From contig JAPOSW010000120.1 in the NCBI GenBank assembly GCA_026709505.1, positions 1,680 to 65,679 of the forward strand: a stretch of DNA of 64,000 bases. Direction: 5' to 3'. Below are positions 58,711-64,000 of this stretch, piece after piece. This DNA is from Gammaproteobacteria bacterium (GTDB lineage: Bacteria > Pseudomonadota > Gammaproteobacteria > Arenicellales > Poriferihabitantaceae). The notes under the pieces were generated by a model that was given only the letters and a program-made list of their open reading frames with translations, had not been told where the DNA came from and searched no databases. The stretch's first letter is position 1; the number at the start of each line of letters is the position of its first letter. Made by a program: the position numbers and the translations under genes.

Positions 58711-60510
58711 ATGAGTTACTACAAAACCCCCACGCGTGACTTTATGTTTGCCATTCAGCATTTGGCTGATCTGGAAGGGATCATGTCCCTGCCGGACAAT
58801 GAAGATATCAGCCCAGAACTGGTTCAGGCGGTTATTGAGGAGGCCGGAAAAATCGCCGAAGAAGTTCTGGACCCGCTCAACAAAGTGGGGGATTTGCAGG
58901 GCGTGCGCCTTGAAAATGATCAGGTGCTGACCGCGGAAGGCTGGAAGGAAGCTTATCAAACCTTTATTGAGGGTGGGTGGAATGGACTGCCCTTCAAGCC
59001 TGAACGGGGCGGTCAAGGACTGCCATGGCTGATTTCAACGGCGATCATCGAGATATGGCACTCGGTCAACATGTCATTCGCGCTCTGCCCCCTGCTGACT
59101 CAGGCCGCGGTTGAAGCGATTGAACTGCACGGCTCAGAGGAGCAGAAAAAAACCTATTTGCCTAATCTTGTGCACGGAACCTGGACTGGCACCATGAATC
59201 TGACCGAATCACATGCCGGGTCGGATTTGGCCATGATCAAGACTACCGCAACACCGAATGGCGATCATTATCTTGTTCAGGGGCAAAAAGTATTCATTAC
59301 CTATGGTGATCATGACCTCACCGAAAACATCATTCATCTGGTGCTGGCACGCATCCCGGATGCGCCGAAGGGAATCAAGGGTATCTCGCTATTCATTGTT
59401 CCCAAGTTTTTACCGGATGCGGATGGAAACTGGACCATTCGCAACGATGTTGAGACCATTTCCCTGGAGCACAAACTGGGCATTCATGCAAGCCCTACTG
59501 CCGTGATCGGGTATGGAACCGGCAAGTACCGGAACCCAAAAGGCGCTGTTGGCTACCTGGTCGGTGAAGCGAACAGGGGAATGCACTACATGTTCACGAT
59601 GATGAATCTTGCAAGGCTTGCGGTCGGCGTTGAAGCCAATGGCGTGTCCGAACGTGCCTATCAGCACTCCGTTGCTTATGCCAAAGAACGTTTGCAAGGT
59701 CCGGACCCAGAAAAAGGACATAGCCCGGTTTCGATTATCAACCACCCGGATGTAAAACGTATGCTGATGGTGCAAAAGAGTCGGATCGAAGGACTACGCT
59801 CAGTTGGCTTGTTACTCGGGGCCTCGATTGACAAAAGCATCAGGCATCCGGATCCGGAAGTTCGAGAATTCAATCAGGTGATGACAGAAATACTTACCCC
59901 GATCGTCAAGGCCAATATGACCGATTTTGGACTGGAAAATGTCTCGCTGGCCCTCCAGATCCATGGTGGCATGGGATTCATTGAGGAGACCGGTGCCGCT
60001 CAATACTATCGTGATCAACGCATCACGCCGATTTACGAGGGAACCAGCGGGATCCAGGCACTTGATCTGGTCACTCGCAAAACCCTTCGCGATCAAGGCA
60101 AGGGAGCCTGCATGGTTGTACAGCATATCCGTGACGATACCAAGCCCATCAATGATCCAAGGCTGAAGGGGCTGATCGAAGTGATGAATCATGCTATTCA
60201 GGCAGTGGAAACTTCCATCGACCATATTCTGCATCTGAGCAAGGAAAACCCCGCTAAGCCCGCTGCTATCTGTGATGCTTATCTCAAGCTCTGGGGGCTG
60301 GTGTTCTGTGGCTGGCATCTGCTCAAGGCCGCTGACATATCACTGACCCGGATTGGGAGCGGCGATGGTTTTTATGAAAACAAGATCACTACTGCACAGT
60401 TCTTTTTTGATCATGACATGCCCAAGGTACAGCTATACTGGAACATCATTGAAAATGGTGCCGATACCCTTGTGGACATGAATTCAGGAATATTTGACAT
60501 GGCATCGTAA
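58711..60510 (+). CDS. Large (~600 aa) acyl-CoA dehydrogenase
   Basis: GTMNLTESHAGSDL, KVFITYGDHD, QIHGGMGFIEE and IYEGTSGIQ ACAD motifs, plus a C-terminal extension. Confidence 0.85.
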   Translation: MSYYKTPTRDFMFAIQHLADLEGIMSLPDNEDISPELVQAVIEEAGKIAEEVLDPLNKVGDLQGVRLENDQVLTAEGWKEAYQTFIEGGWNGLPFKPERGGQGLPWLISTAIIEIWHSVNMSFALCPLLTQAAVEAIELHGSEEQKKTYLPNLVHGTWTGTMNLTESHAGSDLAMIKTTATPNGDHYLVQGQKVFITYGDHDLTENIIHLVLARIPDAPKGIKGISLFIVPKFLPDADGNWTIRNDVETISLEHKLGIHASPTAVIGYGTGKYRNPKGAVGYLVGEANRGMHYMFTMMNLARLAVGVEANGVSERAYQHSVAYAKERLQGPDPEKGHSPVSIINHPDVKRMLMVQKSRIEGLRSVGLLLGASIDKSIRHPDPEVREFNQVMTEILTPIVKANMTDFGLENVSLALQIHGGMGFIEETGAAQYYRDQRITPIYEGTSGIQALDLVTRKTLRDQGKGACMVVQHIRDDTKPINDPRLKGLIEVMNHAIQAVETSIDHILHLSKENPAKPAAICDAYLKLWGLVFCGWHLLKAADISLTRIGSGDGFYENKITTAQFFFDHDMPKVQLYWNIIENGADTLVDMNSGIFDMAS

Positions 60511-60525
60511 TGACTGAATGCATGA

Positions 60526-61515
60526 ATGCCCGGCAATATTCACGGAACCAGTTTAAGCATGTATTCATCCATGATGCTGATGGCTCTTGTCATCGACGGC
60601 ATGTTTGGTTGGCCTCAAGGACTGTACATCAGATTCGGTCATCCGGTTTCATGGGTTGGCCGACTGATCTCTCGTCTTGATCGCTTATTGAACCGCAATT
60701 CCTGCTCCGAGAGTTTTCGTCGCACGACAGGATGCCTGTGCCTACTGTTCATCCTGTCTATTGTCCTTGTCCCTGCGGTATTGATCCAGGTCAAACTGCC
60801 TGAAACAGTCGACGGTTTGCTGCTCGGTGCGGTACTCAGCTGGCCCATGATCGCGGCACGCTCGCTGCATCAACATGTCAGTGCGGTACTGGATGCCCTG
60901 TCTTTGGACAACCCTCAGCATGCGAGAGAGTCGGTGGCCCAAATAGTAGGACGCGATACATCCGTTCTGGATGAACAGGGAATTTCCCGCGCTGCGCTGG
61001 AGAGTCTGGCCGAGAACACCTCTGATGGCATCGTTGCACCGATTTTCTGGGGTACGATATTTGGGCTGCCTGGCCTGTTCGCCTACAAGGCGGTCAATAC
61101 ACTGGATTCGATGATTGGACACAGAAACCAAAAATATGCCTCTTTTGGCTGGGCATCTGCGGTGCTTGATGATGCCATGAATTATTTTCCGGCAAGGCTG
61201 ACAGGATTGCTGATGGCCGTTGTTTCATCTCAACCTAGAGCAGCATTGCGCTGCATGATGAATGATGCCCGATGCCATCGCTCTCCCAATGCCGGCTGGC
61301 CTGAGTCATCACTGGCTGGAGCACTTGAAATTCGACTTTCTGGACCTCGGATATATGGCAGCTTTGTTGACAAACAGCCCTGGCTCAACAAATCAGCTCC
61401 CGACCCTGATGCGAAGACTATTCAACTCGGGCTTAGCCTCTACAACAAGGTGCTAGTTGCAGTTGGCTTTATTCTCGCCGTCATGAGCTTGATGGCTCTA
61501 GCTCTGAATCAATAA
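60526..61515 (+). CDS. cbiB: Adenosylcobinamide-phosphate synthase
   Basis: Membrane protein with LVIDGMFGWP...GHPVSWVGRLI near the N-terminus and NAGWPESSLAGAL. The true start may be an internal Met (60559 or 60571). Confidence 0.85.
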   Translation: MPGNIHGTSLSMYSSMMLMALVIDGMFGWPQGLYIRFGHPVSWVGRLISRLDRLLNRNSCSESFRRTTGCLCLLFILSIVLVPAVLIQVKLPETVDGLLLGAVLSWPMIAARSLHQHVSAVLDALSLDNPQHARESVAQIVGRDTSVLDEQGISRAALESLAENTSDGIVAPIFWGTIFGLPGLFAYKAVNTLDSMIGHRNQKYASFGWASAVLDDAMNYFPARLTGLLMAVVSSQPRAALRCMMNDARCHRSPNAGWPESSLAGALEIRLSGPRIYGSFVDKQPWLNKSAPDPDAKTIQLGLSLYNKVLVAVGFILAVMSLMALALNQ

Positions 61516-61516
61516 C

Positions 61517-62491
61517 ATGCCTGAACATGGCGGCAACCTAGATCTGGCCATCCGGCTTTACGGTGGGGTTCATGATGACTGGATCGATCTTTCAACTGGC
61601 ATCAATCCGCATCCCTACACGCTTCCCACAATTCCGGAAAAGGCTTGGTCATGCCTGCCAACCCGAGATGAAATGGACAGCTTGGAAAAGACTGCCCGTC
61701 TGGCCTATTGCACCTCCGGGCACACGGTCGCTTTTTCCGGAGCGCAATCTGCGATTCAGCTTGTCCCTCGTCTCCGAAAACCCGGGCTTGTCAATATCCT
61801 GAGTCCGACTTATGCCGAACATGCCGCTGCCTTCAAGATGGCTGGCTGGCAGGTTCAACTCGTCTCCGAGTTTGAGAAACTCATGAATTCCGATGCTGCC
61901 GTTGTTGTGAATCCCAACAATCCTGATGGACGGCAATATCAACCTGGCGAGTTGCTTGAACTCTCCGCCCATGTAGGCTTGCTAGTTGTGGATGAAAGCT
62001 TCGGGGACCCATATCCTGAACTCTCTGTAGCACCTTTGGTTACTGATCAATCTGAGTCTATAGTGGTGTTGCGCTCTTTTGGCAAGTTCTACGGTCTGGC
62101 AGGACTTCGACTGGGATTCGCAGTGGCCGATGAGCCGGATGCTGATGAACTGAGACGCTTGGCAGGTCCCTGGCCGGTTTCCGGCCCGGCCATTGCCATA
62201 GCGACAACTGCTCTTGCTGATCGTGATTGGCGAAAGGAGGCTCTTCAACGACTCAAGCGCGATTCTGCTCAGCTTGACCGACTAGCAAACCTGTGCGGCT
62301 TAAGACTGGTAGGAGGCACGTACTTGTTTCGCACCTATGAAACTGAAGGAATCGAAGACGTCAAGGAACGATTGATTAGCGAGCGGGTATGGGCACGTTT
62401 CTTTGAGGAATGCCCCAAGTGGCTTCGACTCGGCCTGCCTGCCAAGCTGGAGTACTGGGAGCGGGTTCATAGAGCCTTGCAGACGATATAG
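61517..62491 (+). CDS. cobD: L-threonine-O-3-phosphate decarboxylase (PLP aminotransferase class II fold)
   Basis: MPEHGGNLDLAIRLYG...WIDLSTGINPHPY, SFGKFYGLAGLRLGF (PLP-Lys region). Directly follows cbiB. Confidence 0.85.
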   Translation: MPEHGGNLDLAIRLYGGVHDDWIDLSTGINPHPYTLPTIPEKAWSCLPTRDEMDSLEKTARLAYCTSGHTVAFSGAQSAIQLVPRLRKPGLVNILSPTYAEHAAAFKMAGWQVQLVSEFEKLMNSDAAVVVNPNNPDGRQYQPGELLELSAHVGLLVVDESFGDPYPELSVAPLVTDQSESIVVLRSFGKFYGLAGLRLGFAVADEPDADELRRLAGPWPVSGPAIAIATTALADRDWRKEALQRLKRDSAQLDRLANLCGLRLVGGTYLFRTYETEGIEDVKERLISERVWARFFEECPKWLRLGLPAKLEYWERVHRALQTI

Positions 62492-62816
62492 AGGCTTTCG
62501 CAAGTTCGCCTGCATAATCCCAATTGCATCCAAAACCTCAGCTCATGGCATTTTTCCTTATCCCAGGTTTAACTTGGGTTAGCTCGCGGAACCGAAATTG
62601 CCAGACTCCCTCTGAATTATCTGCACAATCCATATTTCTCAAGGACATCATTGCCGCCCACGATGTCGCATTTCAAGGTGGAGTTGGGGACGTTATAAAA
62701 CCCATCGCTACAACAAAAGACTGAATAGCAATTCCCAAGAATTAGAATAACTGTTGAACCATGTAGTGAATGATATATAATATATTAAACTTATTTTTGA
62801 TTATTATGATTGATTT

Positions 62817-63182
62817 ATGCTTCATAATTATGATTTCAGGCTTGCATCCAGCGAAACGATTGAACATATCCTTGGCAAGAGGATTGAAGCGATTCGCCTG
62901 ACGCGAAATATCACTCAAAGCCAACTCGCGCGTGAAGCCGGGGTTTCGCGCAGCACAGTCACTCGACTTGCCCAGCAGAATAAGGGGATATCTCTAGATA
63001 GTTTCATCCGCATTCTCAAAGCCTTGCATCTAGAAAGCAATCTTGAAACGCTCTTGCCCGACTCCGTCTTGAGTCCGCTTGATGAGCTAGAGAAGAATAC
63101 TCGGCCAGCCAGAAAACGCGCCCGCCCCACAAAAAAGAATCAGAAAAAATGGACATGGTCAGACAAAAGTAAGACACCATGA
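62817..63182 (+). CDS. hipB: HipB-like XRE-family HTH antitoxin with a basic C-terminal tail
   Basis: IRLTRNITQSQLAREAGVSRSTVTRLAQQNKGISLDSFIRILKAL HTH. ATGA overlap with the downstream hipA-like gene. Confidence 0.75.
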   Translation: MLHNYDFRLASSETIEHILGKRIEAIRLTRNITQSQLAREAGVSRSTVTRLAQQNKGISLDSFIRILKALHLESNLETLLPDSVLSPLDELEKNTRPARKRARPTKKNQKKWTWSDKSKTP

Positions 63183-64000
63183 CTACAGCAAGTGTCGAAC
63201 TATGGGGCAGGCGCATTGGTGCCGTGACATGGGTTGCGGACCGAGGGATAGGCATCTTTCAATACACTCCGGACTTTGGTGCAAGCGGCATTGAAATTTC
63301 CCCATTGCAAATGCGGTTTCGGGAAACACCTTATGAATTTCACAACCTTAGCAAAGGTACATTTCGAGGACTGCCCGGCATGCTGGTTGATAGCCTGCCG
63401 GACAAATTCGGCAATGCCATAATCAATTTATGGCTGGCAAGCCAGAACCGGAGCGAGGCAGCTTTCAACCCTGTTGAGCGTCTTTGCTATACTGGCAAGC
63501 GCGGCATGGGTGCTCTCGAATACAAACCCATCATCGCAGGCTTGCCAACAATCGCTCGGATAGTCGAGGTGAGCCAGCTTGTCGCCTTGTCGAATCAGGT
63601 TTTGAATGATAGAGAAAGCCTCACCTGTCACTTGACGGCCGAAGGCGATGATCCAGGCATGGAAGGCATGTTGCGCGTTGGCACCTCCGCGGGCGGGGCT
63701 AGGGCCAAGGCTGTGCTTGCATGGAATGAAGAATCCGGTGAATTTCGATCAGGACAGGTAGAGGCAGGCAAGGGCTACACTCATTGGCTCATCAAGTTCG
63801 ATGGCGTAGACGAAAACAAGGATAGGGAACTTGCCGATCCCAGGGGATTCGGACGGATTGAATACGCTTACCACCTCATGGCCGTTCAAGCCGGCATCAC
63901 AATGATGCCTTGCCGCCTATGCGAAGAGGGGGGACGCGCCCACTTCATGACCAAACGCTTTGACCGCACCGATGATGGTGACAAATTGCACTACCAATCG
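63179..64000 (+). CDS. hipA: HipA-like kinase toxin, N-terminal ~274 codons; continues past the right window edge
   Basis: Not in the track (no stop in the window). My translation from ATG 63179 gives MTTASVELWGRRIGAVTWVADRGIGIFQYTPDF...LPDKFGNAIINLW...RVGTSAGGARAKAVLAW...HFMTKRFDR, the HipA N-terminal and P-loop-like elements. Confidence 0.8.
   Translation, partial: MTTASVELWGRRIGAVTWVADRGIGIFQYTPDFGASGIEISPLQMRFRETPYEFHNLSKGTFRGLPGMLVDSLPDKFGNAIINLWLASQNRSEAAFNPVERLCYTGKRGMGALEYKPIIAGLPTIARIVEVSQLVALSNQVLNDRESLTCHLTAEGDDPGMEGMLRVGTSAGGARAKAVLAWNEESGEFRSGQVEAGKGYTHWLIKFDGVDENKDRELADPRGFGRIEYAYHLMAVQAGITMMPCRLCEEGGRAHFMTKRFDRTDDGDKLHYQS

Noticed and set aside
1-64000. CRISPR arrays, tRNA/rRNA genes, integrases, prophage blocks
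   Set aside because: I noticed no regularly spaced direct repeats, no T-loop-type GGTTCGAATCC motifs in intergenic DNA and no integrase or recombinase ORFs. A visual scan could miss short or degenerate examples.

Overview
This 64-kb window looks like chromosomal DNA from a gammaproteobacterium. That taxon call is inference from gene order only (glmU-glmS, pdxA-rsmA, glyQ-glyS-gmhB-plsC). GC looks mid/high-40s % by eye.

Core content:
- clpB, partial at the left edge. It is absent from the ORF track because it has no stop inside the window. A sigma-32-type promoter lies upstream.
- glmU-glmS, an ATL-type alkyltransferase-like gene, pdxA-rsmA, and plsC / gmhB / mazG-like / glyS / glyQ / pgi.
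- A formate module: fdsGB-fdsA-fhs.
- pyk.
- A scattered cobalamin set: riboswitch-btuB, PCuAC-cobU-cobT-cobC-cobS, and cbiB-cobD.
- A B12-linked acyl-CoA block: icmF, hbd, an acyl-CoA synthetase, a MerR/LiuR-like regulator and an acyl-CoA dehydrogenase.

Two accessory islands interrupt this core.
- Island 1 (about 29.5-37.8 kb, between pyk and btuB) is a co-directional chain on the minus strand: vapB, decayed vapC, mcrB, ABC-ATPase, TOPRIM-like DUF4276-type gene, mcrC, MNT, HepT, plus an orphan ORC/Cdc6-like AAA+ ATPase.
- Island 2 (about 40.4-45.5 kb, between the btuB riboswitch and cobS) holds vapC with an amber-interrupted vapB, a decayed HTH-nucleotidyltransferase/HEPN pair, an orphan vsr, a 620-nt ORF-poor spacer, and a single strikingly GC-rich AAA+ ATPase gene.

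Two hipA loci are present. One lacks hipB and abuts an IS5-family remnant. The other is an intact hipBA at the right edge.

Most interesting candidate: the mcrB / ABC-ATPase / TOPRIM-like / mcrC arrangement, either a nested defence insertion or a four-gene system.

Second theme: at least ten accessory genes carry frameshifts or nonsense substitutions, while housekeeping genes are intact.

I saw no rRNA, tRNA or CRISPR array. All family calls come from motif recognition by eye; no database search was possible.
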